Assembly: GCF_000014265.1 (NCBI RefSeq)
Contig: NC_008312.1
Coordinates: 1,230,001 to 1,262,000 of the forward strand
Reading direction: 5' to 3'
DNA from: Trichodesmium erythraeum IMS101
GTDB taxonomy: Bacteria > Cyanobacteriota > Cyanobacteriia > Cyanobacteriales > Microcoleaceae
DNA: 32,000 nucleotides
Part shown: piece by piece, positions 19,747 through 28,409 of the stretch
How the letters are laid out: each line of letters begins with the position of its first letter
How positions within the stretch are numbered: the stretch's first letter is position 1
Made by a program: the position numbers and the translations under genes
Notes under the pieces: generated by a model
Databases searched by the model: none
What the model saw: only the letters and a program-made list of their open reading frames with translations
What the model was told of the DNA's origin: nothing

Positions 19747-21102
19747 ATGGCTACCAACAGTAACGATAGTATCAATGAAGTAATTCAATTAGGTACTCTG
19801 TTTCCTCAAACACCTATAACTCGTTCAGGGACAATAAATGATTTAGATAAACTAGACTTATATGGGCTTACAGTTGATGCACCCTTAAATTCAGGAATTG
19901 CACTACAAAATCTTACTGGCAATATTGATCTAGAAGTATTAGATAGCAATGGTAATTTAATTGCTAGGGGTAATAATTTAGGGACGTCTAATGAAGCATT
20001 TCAGGCAGTTTTTTCTACCCCCGGTCAATACTTTATCAATGTTTTTCAAACTTCTCCTGGTATTGCTAGTGACTATGAGTTAGCTCTATTTCCTAGGGAT
20101 GCTAATGTTTCCCTATTTACTGGAGATACTAATACTTATAGTATTAACAATAATAATGATGATCCAAGGACACCAGACTTTTTAGGTACTCTAGTTCCAG
20201 AAGAACAAATAAGTGATTCCGCAAGAATTAATAATCTAGATCGTATAGACAACTATAGCTTCATAGCTGAACAACCATTGATTGTAGGGGTTGCTTTTGA
20301 AAAAAGCAATAGTAATATTGAAATAGCAGTATTAGATAGTAATCGTAATTTAATTGAGCGTAGTCAAAACTTTGATCAGTTAAGTGAGAAGTTTCAAGTG
20401 TTTTTACCTAACCCCGATACTTATAATATCACTATTTTTCAGCCTGAGTCTGTTAGTGATGACTCTTTCTCTGATTATGACTTAAGCCTTTTCCCTAGTG
20501 CTTTTGATATGAATTCTGACATTATACCTTCAGTACCTCCAGCAACTCCAATATCTCCAGAACCTCCAACAGATCCAGTAACTCCAACACCGCCAATATC
20601 CCCGGAACTTCAAGGAGTAAATGTCAGTATTGACAGTATTATAGACCGAACTGATGAAACAGTGAGAAATCGTGAAAATACGGCTTTTGTTTTTAAAGAA
20701 GATTATTTGTTAAATGCTACACCAAATACTCCAATAACAATCGATCTGATCAGCAATAATAGTGACTTTGACCCTCTATTAGAAGTATATCAAATTCCTC
20801 AAGATTCTCTGTTAACACCTGAACGGAGACAGATACCAATTGCAGCTAACGATAATGGTGGTAACGATGTTAATAATGTTAATGCAAGAATTGGACCAGA
20901 AGTAGAAGCAGATATTCCAGAGATTTCTTCTCAGTTAACTCTATTACCAGAATTTAACTATTTAGTGCGCGTAACTTATACGTCTGATCTACCTTTGGAT
21001 GGAAGTTTTGCCTTAAGTGGAAGTATTGATAATGGTTTTGTTAATTTCCAGAGGGTACTATCCGGAAATCCTATAGGAGAAATTATCGGAGGAGAGCCGT
21101 AA
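19747..21102 (+). CDS. hypothetical protein with two tandem PPC (pre-peptidase C-terminal)-like domains, a Pro-rich linker and a third PPC-like C-terminal domain
   Basis: 451-aa ORF. It has an internal duplication: D.LD+LD.Y.. ...I(E/A)VLDSN.NLI.R..N......FQ.....P..Y.I..FQ...SDY.L.LFP appears twice. The linker is PPATPISPEPPTDPVTPTPPISPE. The C-terminal part carries SDFDPLLEVY...ANDNGG...Y.V.V. Confidence 0.65.
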   Translation: MATNSNDSINEVIQLGTLFPQTPITRSGTINDLDKLDLYGLTVDAPLNSGIALQNLTGNIDLEVLDSNGNLIARGNNLGTSNEAFQAVFSTPGQYFINVFQTSPGIASDYELALFPRDANVSLFTGDTNTYSINNNNDDPRTPDFLGTLVPEEQISDSARINNLDRIDNYSFIAEQPLIVGVAFEKSNSNIEIAVLDSNRNLIERSQNFDQLSEKFQVFLPNPDTYNITIFQPESVSDDSFSDYDLSLFPSAFDMNSDIIPSVPPATPISPEPPTDPVTPTPPISPELQGVNVSIDSIIDRTDETVRNRENTAFVFKEDYLLNATPNTPITIDLISNNSDFDPLLEVYQIPQDSLLTPERRQIPIAANDNGGNDVNNVNARIGPEVEADIPEISSQLTLLPEFNYLVRVTYTSDLPLDGSFALSGSIDNGFVNFQRVLSGNPIGEIIGGEP

Positions 21103-21174
21103 ATCAATAATTTTGTTTTATTAATGAAGAAAACTTTTTCTTGATAAAGAAATCACAATAATCAGTTGATATAC

Positions 21175-21204
21175 TCCCCGGCTCTTAGGTGCGGGGATTT
21201 TTTA
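21175..21204 (+). terminator. rho-independent terminator downstream of the PPC-domain gene
   Basis: Stem tccccg (21175-21180) with cgggga (21192-21197), an 11-nt loop, followed by TTTTTT at 21198-21203. Confidence 0.7.
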
Positions 21205-21948
21205 TTGGAGGTTGTATATTTCTACTAGAAAGAGAAGACAGATACGGGTAATGGTTTTTCTATTTTATGGCTTTAGCCTAGATCCACTAGGATGGTGGAT
21301 GTGGATAAATATTTACTTTCGAAACTTTTTCAAATCCACATCAAAAATGGCCTATATACAGGTATAGAAGGGACAAAAAAATTAATTCGATTTGGTTGAT
21401 GCAAAATTAGTTTTTTATAATAGATCATAGTATATTTTGAGACAATATTTATCAATATTTTATGTTATGGGTAGTATTTTTTAGGAGATGCTATGAAAAA
21501 CTAAATTTTGATTGTTCTTTGTCAACTTTTGAGAAAATTTCGGTGATTTTTTAAATTTATCTTAAGTAGTTATGGAACCGACTAGATAGTAAGTCAATAG
21601 TTTTATTCAAGTTTTGCGGAAATACTGAAAGATAAGTTGAAGTTAATTTTAGTTCCTACCAATCTTAAGCAAAAATCAAGGTTTTATATATGATTATTGA
21701 AAATTTCATTGATGAATCTAGTTTAAGCTTTTAGAAAGAATAAGAAAGGTAGACTCACTGTGAGTTGAATTTATATAAACACTATATAAACTTTATAAAT
21801 ATAAATCATGTGAAGATGGAAATAATCTTATAATTCCATAGTAAGGGATAGACAAGGATATCCTTATCTAGTTGGATATCTATGTATTTCTAACCTAAGA
21901 AGAAAATTATAACTACTGCAATATTTATTAAAGGAGTTTATTAAAAAA

Positions 21949-22959
21949 ATGTCAAAGCTAAATCAAGAAAATAAAAATCAAAAGAAAACTCAAACTAAAT
22001 TTGGTCCTACTACTTACTCTTCAATGGACACAGTTCGTACCTACTTACATGAGATTGGTCGTGTACCACTTTTAACTCGTGAGGAAGAGATTGTTTATGG
22101 TAAACAAGTGCAGCAAATGATGCAATTCCTAGAATTAAAAGAAAAATTAGAGGAAAAACTTAATAGAACAGCAACTTTACTAGAATGGGCAGAACATTTA
22201 CTAGTAAGTGAAAAAGTACTTAAGCAAGCAATTAAGCAAGGTCAACGTGCCAAGCAAAAAATGATTGAAGCTAATCTTCGCTTAGTAGTAGCGATCGCTA
22301 AAAAGTATCAAAAGCGAAATATGGAGTTCTTAGATTTAATTCAAGAAGGTACTCTTGGTTTAGAAAGAGGGGTGGAAAAATTTGATCCTACACGGGGATA
22401 CAAATTTTCTACTTATGCTTACTGGTGGATTCGTCAGGCAATTACTAGAGCGATCGCACAACAAGCTCGTACTATTCGCCTACCTATTCATATTACTGAA
22501 AAGCTCAACAAAATCAAAAGAGTTCAGAGAGAACTAATTCAGAGTTTGGGTCGTAGTCCTACTCCTTCTGAGATTGCCCAAGCTTTAGAATTAGAACCTT
22601 CTCAGATTAGAGAATATCTTTTGATGGCCCGTCATCCTATTTCCTTAGATTTAAGAGTTGGAGATAATCAGGATACTGAACTGCAAGAACTTTTGGAGGA
22701 TGAAACATCTTCTCCGGATGACTACATAACTGGTGAGTTATTGCGTCAAGATATAAATACCTTACTGGCAGAATTGAGTGAGCAACAACGTCGTGTATTG
22801 GTATTGCGTTTTGGTCTTGAGGATGGTAAGGAGATGTCTTTAGCAAAAGTGGGAGATAAACTTCAACTTAGTCGTGAGCGAGTTCGCCAACTAGAACATC
22901 AAGCTTTGGCCTTTTTACGCCGTCGTCAGGCCAAGGTGCGGGAGTATGTAGCTAGCTAA
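21949..22959 (+). CDS. RNA polymerase sigma factor, group 2 (RpoD/SigA-like, non-essential class)
   Basis: 336 aa. Region 1.2 is [19 protein letters not shown]. Region 2 is [63 protein letters not shown]. Region 4 is [14 protein letters not shown]. There is no long region 1.1. AAGGAG lies 11 nt upstream of the ATG. Confidence 0.9.
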   Translation: MSKLNQENKNQKKTQTKFGPTTYSSMDTVRTYLHEIGRVPLLTREEEIVYGKQVQQMMQFLELKEKLEEKLNRTATLLEWAEHLLVSEKVLKQAIKQGQRAKQKMIEANLRLVVAIAKKYQKRNMEFLDLIQEGTLGLERGVEKFDPTRGYKFSTYAYWWIRQAITRAIAQQARTIRLPIHITEKLNKIKRVQRELIQSLGRSPTPSEIAQALELEPSQIREYLLMARHPISLDLRVGDNQDTELQELLEDETSSPDDYITGELLRQDINTLLAELSEQQRRVLVLRFGLEDGKEMSLAKVGDKLQLSRERVRQLEHQALAFLRRRQAKVREYVAS

Positions 22960-22979
22960 CTGAAGTCAGAAGCCAACTT

Positions 22980-23000
22980 CCCCTTAGCTTCTCTAAGGGG
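22980..23000 (+). terminator. hairpin 20 nt after the sigma gene stop (weak terminator candidate, no U-tract)
   Basis: ccccttag (22980-22987) pairs with ctaagggg (22993-23000) around a 5-nt loop. It is followed by agaaatc, so it is not a canonical terminator. Confidence 0.35.
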
Positions 23001-23184
23001 AGAAATCAGTGGAAACATATATATATTCCACGCTACATTTCCTAACTGCTATAGTATTTTCCTAGCATTGCTCTCTTGTTCTGTGTGTTATTAATCTCAA
23101 GTTTTTATCATTTTGGGCTTAGGCTTATGTTTTTTTGCTTGTCTGTCTAACTATCTATAAGAATAAACTCCTTACTTATGATTT

Positions 23185-23225
23185 ATGACTGATGACTGAT
23201 GACTGAGAAATTATGACTGATGACT
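23185..23225 (+). repeat. heptanucleotide tandem repeat (ATGACTG)n, STRR-like
   Basis: atgactg x3 (23185-23205), one divergent unit agaaatt, then atgactg atgact, keeping a 7-nt phase. Confidence 0.8.
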
Positions 23226-23290
23226 TTAATTATACCTTCATCCTATTTTGTATATATGATAATAGTGTAGATAATAATTAAGCAATATTC

Positions 23291-23749
23291 GTGATATTTA
23301 GGTTAGTGGCGATCGCAACCTACTCTATATTGGCCTATGGTGCAGTTAATAGACCAGTCGTGAAGTATAAATCTATTTCCGTTCAGTTTAAGCAAGAAAG
23401 GCCAATTTTTTTTTCAAACATAGACAACAATAATATGTTGTATAGAGATGGAATTTACCTTTTTGGTGAGTCTGAAGAATCAGGTAAAATTCAGAATGAG
23501 TATTTTGTTTTTGAGCTGAAAGGTGGTAAGGTAATTGGTGCTTTTTATATGCTCCATTCAAGTTTTTACTGTTTTTATGGTATTCATCAAGAAGATAGCT
23601 TACAGGTAAAAGTTATAGATAGTTATGATGAGACTGCCTCTGACTACACGGTGAATTTACGGAAATATTACCGGAGAAATCAAGTGAGTGATAACGATTT
23701 TCGAATGTTAAAACTTTGTAAAACTAACTATGAATATCTAGTTTGGTGA
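23291..23749 (+). CDS. hypothetical protein with hydrophobic N-terminus (GTG start)
   Basis: 152-aa ORF. The N-terminal LVAIATYSILAYGAV looks like a signal or anchor. No recognisable catalytic motif. It contains a HIP1 site. Confidence 0.5.
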   Translation: MIFRLVAIATYSILAYGAVNRPVVKYKSISVQFKQERPIFFSNIDNNNMLYRDGIYLFGESEESGKIQNEYFVFELKGGKVIGAFYMLHSSFYCFYGIHQEDSLQVKVIDSYDETASDYTVNLRKYYRRNQVSDNDFRMLKLCKTNYEYLVW

Positions 23750-23933
23750 TGCTATTACTCTTTCAAAGAAGTTAAAAGTAATGCATGAATGTATTGATGT
23801 ATTAAGATTGTAATGGATCAATACCTGAAAGCCCTCAGTAATTTTCGGAAATTATTTCACATATATTTCACATATAAGGCTTGAAGCCGAAACAACTTGT
23901 AACATCTTTAAGGTCAACTGGTATGAGAAAGTC

Positions 23934-24533
23934 TTAATACTCTATACCAGGTTGCGCCTTAACTCCTTGTTCTCTAAAAGGATGCTTAATCATTTGCATT
24001 TCTGTAACTAAATCAGCTTTTTCAATCAATTCAGGAGGAGCGCCTCTACCTGTGAGAATAACATGAGAATCTTCTGATTTTTTTTCCAAGCCTGTCAATA
24101 AATCTTCTAATTTTAAATAATTTAATTTCAGAGTAACATTAACTTCATCAAGTAAGACTAGTTTAAAATCTGGGTTTTGAATAAAAGTTAAAGCCAAGTC
24201 CCAAGCTTCATAGACTTTCTGGATATCGCGATCGCGGTCTTGAGTTTCCCAGGTAAATCCTTCACCCAAAGCATGAAAACATAGTTGTTCGCCCCACTTG
24301 CCCAAGACTTCTTTTTCTGCGGGTTCCCAACCACCTTTAATAAATTGAATAATTGCTACTCGATAGCCATGACCTAAAGAGCGTATTACCATACCCAATG
24401 CTGCTGTAGTTTTGCCTTTACCATTACCAGTATTCACAATAATTAAACCTTTTTTCCGATCAGCTTGAGATACTCGCTGGTCTTGAACTTCTTTACGGCG
24501 CTGCATTTTCTTTTTATGTTGTTCTGGAGTCAT
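23934..24533 (-). CDS. cobO: cob(I)yrinic acid a,c-diamide adenosyltransferase (CobO/BtuR)
   Basis: 199 aa. GLIIVNTGNGKGKTTAALGMVIRSLGHGYRVAIIQFIKG P-loop, LLDEVN and ILTGRGAP are typical of CobA/CobO. Confidence 0.9.
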   Translation of the reverse strand: MTPEQHKKKMQRRKEVQDQRVSQADRKKGLIIVNTGNGKGKTTAALGMVIRSLGHGYRVAIIQFIKGGWEPAEKEVLGKWGEQLCFHALGEGFTWETQDRDRDIQKVYEAWDLALTFIQNPDFKLVLLDEVNVTLKLNYLKLEDLLTGLEKKSEDSHVILTGRGAPPELIEKADLVTEMQMIKHPFREQGVKAQPGIEY

Positions 24534-24801
24534 TTCAATTATTAGCTATGGTTTTCAGTTATTAGTTCTCATTTTTTCCCACTTAAGTAAAGTAGGAGTC
24601 TTGAAATTAGATAATTTCAAATTTTACTAATAAGAAGATTATAACATATCTAAGTTAACATTATTTATTTTGAGACAAGTTATACATAATTAGCCGCTAA
24701 ATTTTAGCTTAAATTTTGTTTTAGAGAGGTCTAATAATTAACATATTTAAAGTCCTGGTGCTTGAGACTTAGATATTTTTATTATATTAAATAGATTTTT
24801 T

Positions 24802-24920
24802 AGTGAATACTGGACAATACAAAGTTTTTAATATAAAAAAACATTCCCCACTCTTATGTCAGGAAATAGTGCATACTGGTTAATAATTCATTCATTGTTA
24901 CCAGCCAATCTCTTAGAAGC
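24802..24920 (+). repeat. about 115-bp repeat module, copy B (copy A at 5253-5370)
   Basis: About 80% identical to 5253-5370. Its hairpin is degraded (attcc / ggaaat). Confidence 0.75.
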
Positions 24921-24933
24921 TTTTGATAAAGAA

Positions 24934-25161
24934 TTATGAAGTATTAGTAGCGATCGCTAACCGTTTGAGCATTAAACGAATCATTAAAATATGAATGAAG
25001 GCTTCGCTGTTGTGAGGATGTTCTTCATAATCTTGAGAAAATCTACGATGACCTCCTAAGCAAGCAAAAGTTCTTTCCACTACCCAACGTCTGGGTAAAA
25101 CTTTAAACCCTTTTTCAGTTCTATTAACAATATCTAATTTACACCCACAAACCATTGTCAC
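24934..25161 (-). pseudogene. C-terminal fragment of an IS5/IS4-type DDE transposase
   Basis: Reads [54 protein letters not shown], the canonical [11 protein letters not shown]...RRL.KDYE tail. Nothing lies upstream of it. Confidence 0.8.
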
Positions 25162-25201
25162 GGACTTCTCCAGTTTTTCAGTCGTTTTTACTGACTGTGA
25201 A

Positions 25202-26060
25202 TCAATGATAGCCGCCGATAGTTGGGTAGTGCGTCAGTAAAGTGTGGGATAAGTAATTAAGTCCTTCCAATTCCAAGGAGCGAGGGCGTTCCTCAGCTCT
25301 TTGTGCAGCAGTATTTTCTTTGCCACTATGAACCAAAATCAAATTAAAATAGGCCCTCGCCAACCTTACTGTTACCTCAGTTTGTTGCCAGAGCTTGCCA
25401 AATTTATTCTGTCGGCGATGCCATCGACCGAGCTGCTGTCTGATAATTCCATTTGTGCCTTCCAATTGCAGGGCAATGGTTTTTACCAATAATGTGTTCT
25501 ATTACAGGGCAATACTCGTTCATACCCTCCGATCATCAGTTAGCCATTTTTTACAGCTAGTTTTCCCTTTTGTGTTGACGACCAATTCCTCAATCAACTG
25601 GTCAGTATGTTTATCTACTCTAGCACTCAGAATTAATCCACTGGATGAAGCCTAGGGGCTTGCCAACCCAAAATCTCCTTCTGTCAATTCCTGATACTGG
25701 CACTGTTTTCGTTTTTTTGGACGAATGACCAAAACTCATCACTGCTGATTTTTGAGGTATTGATATTCTGGACATGAGCATTATGAATCATTTGTCCTTT
25801 TTCAGAGGCAGCTCTCGCCAAACTAACTACCGTATTATCGGCCAAATTGACTGTTCGAGTAATCCCTCTTAAACTACTGACCTCAACGTGAGTCTCTAGA
25901 ACCATAGACATTTGTTCAGGTTGAATTGTTCTACGATAGTAGAGAGTGTCAAAAGTATCGGTGAAAGTTTGTAGGCATTCAGGACAATAATATCGTCAAG
26001 AACATTACTGGTCTTTCCATGTTTATGAGTTTTCTGATGACCACATAGAAAACATTCCAT
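25202..26060 (-). pseudogene. IS1-family-like transposase relic (Zn finger + HTH + DDE), frameshifted
   Basis: Minus strand from ATG (complement of 26058-26060): MECFLCGHQKTHKHGKT, a frameshift, then RYYCPECLQTFTDTF. It continues LRGITRTVNLADNTV, SSDEFWSFVQK(K), stops, then LEGTNGIIRQQLGRWHRRQNKF. The family assignment is tentative. Confidence 0.5.
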
Positions 26061-26126
26061 GATAATAGAAAGTATTTAAGGACAACGATTATATTACCAT
26101 TTCCATACTTTCTTGATGCACTACCA

Positions 26127-26266
26127 GAACTTTTGCTTGGTTAGGACGTCATCGTAGATTTTCTAAAGATTATGAAGAACATCCTCACCACAGCGAAGCC
26201 TTCATTTATCTTTCAATGATTCGTTTAATGCTCAAACGATTAGCGATCGCTACTAATACTTCATAA
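26127..26266 (+). pseudogene. second, inverted copy of the IS5/IS4-type transposase C-terminal tail
   Basis: Reads [44 protein letters not shown]. It is about 93% identical at nucleotide level to the reverse complement of 24934-25073. Confidence 0.8.
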
Positions 26267-26444
26267 TTATTTACAAACAGCCTCTTCGTAATTAAAAGAA
26301 TAATCAAAGATTGTTATATAGTAAAATACTAATATATCTTTCCAAAAAATACCAATTTTGGAAGGGAACTATAACGGTTTGAGAACCAATTTCAGTCGAA
26401 ATCTAATCTTAATACGAAACAGAAACCCAAAATCTAAAACTTAC

Positions 26445-27632
26445 ATGAAAGTATCTCTTAACAATTACCCTAATGAAAACCAAGAAATAAAACCATATAT
26501 CCTTGAACCTAAGGGAGCAGAAATTATTCTTGGCGCAGCATATTCTAATTCCTTAGTTGTACCACTAACACCCAGTAAAACCACGATGTTCGGACCCCGT
26601 GGGGCTTGCCTCATCTCCGAAAACGGCCCCCTGTGGGTAGCTGATACAGGACATCATCGGTTATTAGGATGGCGACAACGCCCCGAAACTGACGATCAAC
26701 CTGCTGACTGGGTGATAGGGCAACCTGATTTTTCTCAAGAGGGGCAAAACGCTAATGGTCAAACAACCGCAGCAACTGTTAGCGTTCCTACTAGTATCTG
26801 TGCTTATGGGGAAGGGTTGGCAGTGGCGGATGCTTGGAATCATAGGGTCTTGATTTGGAAACAGTTACCGGAAGATAATAATGTTCCTGCTGATATTGTT
26901 TTGGGGCAAGCAGATTTTTCTGAAAATGAATCTAACCGAAGCAAGTTAGAAACTGCTGCTGACAGAATGCACTGGCCTTATGGTGTCATCTGTCATCACG
27001 ATCAGCTCTGGGTAGCGGACACGGGTAACCGTAGGGTATTGATGTGGCAGCAATTACCAGAGGTTAACGGGCAACCAGCAGATTTGGTTTTGGGACAAAC
27101 AGATATGAGTTGTCGCGATGAAAATGGTGGCGGAGAGGCAACGGCAGCAAGTATGCGTTGGCCTCATGATATTACTTTTTGGGAAGAAAGTTTGGTTGTG
27201 ACGGATGCTGGCAATAACCGGGTGATGGTTTGGGATGGTATTCCTACTGAGAATAATCAACCTTGCTCTGTAGTGCTTGGTCAATCTCAATTTGACACGG
27301 TACAGTTAAATCAGGGGGTTTATTTTCCTTCTGCTGTTAGTTTGAGTATGCCTTATGGTGTGGTGGCGACTGGGGAATGGTTGATCGTTGCTGATACTGC
27401 TAATTCCCGGTTGTTGGGTTGGCGGGATGTTGTGGGGATGGGAACTCCTGCACTGGCTTTGACTGGTCAACCTCATTTTGAGAGTAAGAGTGAAAATGCT
27501 TTGAGTTTACATCCAACTCGGCAAAGTTTGTGCTGGCCTTATGGGATTTCTGTTTGTGGTAATACTGCTGTTATTGCTGATTCTGGTAATAATAGGGTTT
27601 TGTTGTGGTCTTTGACATCCTCCCCAACTTAA
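26445..27632 (+). CDS. six-bladed NHL-repeat beta-propeller protein
   Basis: There are six regularly spaced blades: VADTGHHRLLGW, VADAWNHRVLIW, VADTGNRRVLMW, VTDAGNNRVMVW, VADTANSRLLGW and IADSGNNRVLLW. Five of them are each followed by a P..(N/D).QPAD.VLGQ.DF linker. The start is taken at in-frame ATG 26445 rather than TTG 26358. Confidence 0.85.
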   Translation: MKVSLNNYPNENQEIKPYILEPKGAEIILGAAYSNSLVVPLTPSKTTMFGPRGACLISENGPLWVADTGHHRLLGWRQRPETDDQPADWVIGQPDFSQEGQNANGQTTAATVSVPTSICAYGEGLAVADAWNHRVLIWKQLPEDNNVPADIVLGQADFSENESNRSKLETAADRMHWPYGVICHHDQLWVADTGNRRVLMWQQLPEVNGQPADLVLGQTDMSCRDENGGGEATAASMRWPHDITFWEESLVVTDAGNNRVMVWDGIPTENNQPCSVVLGQSQFDTVQLNQGVYFPSAVSLSMPYGVVATGEWLIVADTANSRLLGWRDVVGMGTPALALTGQPHFESKSENALSLHPTRQSLCWPYGISVCGNTAVIADSGNNRVLLWSLTSSPT

Positions 27633-27649
27633 GGCTCCACCCACCACTT

Positions 27650-28200
27650 TTGCTGAGGGAGTGGGTATACTTATACTACAGGGAGGGGTAAGAAGCTCCC
27701 TAAAGTGCCAACATCGCTTTACATAACTCTAAGAAAGACTTATGGAGTTTGCCTAAACCTTAGATATGAAGAATTCTAGGGGATATCAGAACAGCTAGCA
27801 AATTGAAATGCAAAGGTTTAAATTTAATACGCTATACTGATGACTTTGCTATCCTACATGAAGAGATCAAGGTAGTGTTGCAAGGCAAAATCATAATACA
27901 GGAATGGTTAAGCTAGGTATAATTAGAACTAAAACCAGAAAAAAATCGTATTGGTTACACCCTATTAATAGAATTTCTTCACCTGTTTGAGAATTTGGGA
28001 GCTAATATGTTTGTTGATGTAGGTCAGCTATTGGGATGAATGTATCTAATAAAAGCGCAATTCCTTATTGATAAGAGAAATGAGCTTAACTACAACATAG
28101 TTGACCACGAAGAGTAGCTCCAGATAAATTGACTTTTCTCTTGGCCTGGAAGCCATCACTCAAGAAGATATCTAGGTTTGGGTACAAGCGATCGCTAAAT
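27650..28200 (+). pseudogene. group II intron reverse transcriptase/maturase relic (RT domains 4-7 onward)
   Basis: Reads LQGGVRSSL (compare PQGGVISPLL), RYTDDFAILHEEIKVVLQGKIIIQEWLS*V*LELKPEKNRIGYT (YADD box and GLELKPEKTRI.HT), FENLGAN (FDFLGFN) and YLIKAQ (LIKPSK). Stops are present throughout. Confidence 0.7.
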
Positions 28201-28409
28201 TCTCCAGTGTTACCCATAAAATGTACTTAAGCTGAAGCAAACGTAGAAGAAATTGAACATGATCACAAAAAAATTAGGTAGCTTAAAGTATGACACGTTT
28301 GTTTGCTGTTTATGAACTAATGTTACAACCAAAACCCTTGAGGAGCATCCCTATTACCGAATTGATTTCCCTTGTATAATTAATTAAGAATCTCAATTAT
28401 TATTATCCA

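Noticed and set aside
21398-21425. Sigma-70 promoter TTGATG ... TATAAT upstream of the sigma gene
   Set aside because: The spacer between the hexamers is only 14 nt, outside the functional 16-18 nt range.
22637-22846. 69-aa minus-strand ORF inside the sigma factor gene
   Set aside because: It is a shadow ORF opposite a strongly supported CDS.
24534-24800. Cobalamin riboswitch upstream of cobO (and likewise upstream of cobI at 777-1000)
   Set aside because: I looked for a GC-rich B12-box-like core and conserved helices. Both leaders are uniformly AT-rich with nothing resembling it.
25301-25655. ORFs 25301-25492 (+) and 25395-25655 (+)
   Set aside because: They are antisense or out-of-frame to the IS1-like relic and carry no motifs.
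26358-26444. TTG start extension of the NHL-repeat gene
   Set aside because: It uses a non-ATG start. The extension is low-complexity and Asn/Arg-rich, with no support. The in-frame ATG at 26445 is preferred, though neither start has a strong RBS.
27054-27290. 78-aa minus-strand ORF inside the NHL-repeat gene
   Set aside because: It is a shadow ORF opposite a strongly supported CDS.
28278-28291. NtcA binding site upstream of hypF (GTA-N8-TAT)
   Set aside because: It has only a half-consensus (TAT instead of TAC) and no properly spaced -10 box that I could verify. In AT-rich DNA this is expected by chance. It is mentioned only as a candidate.
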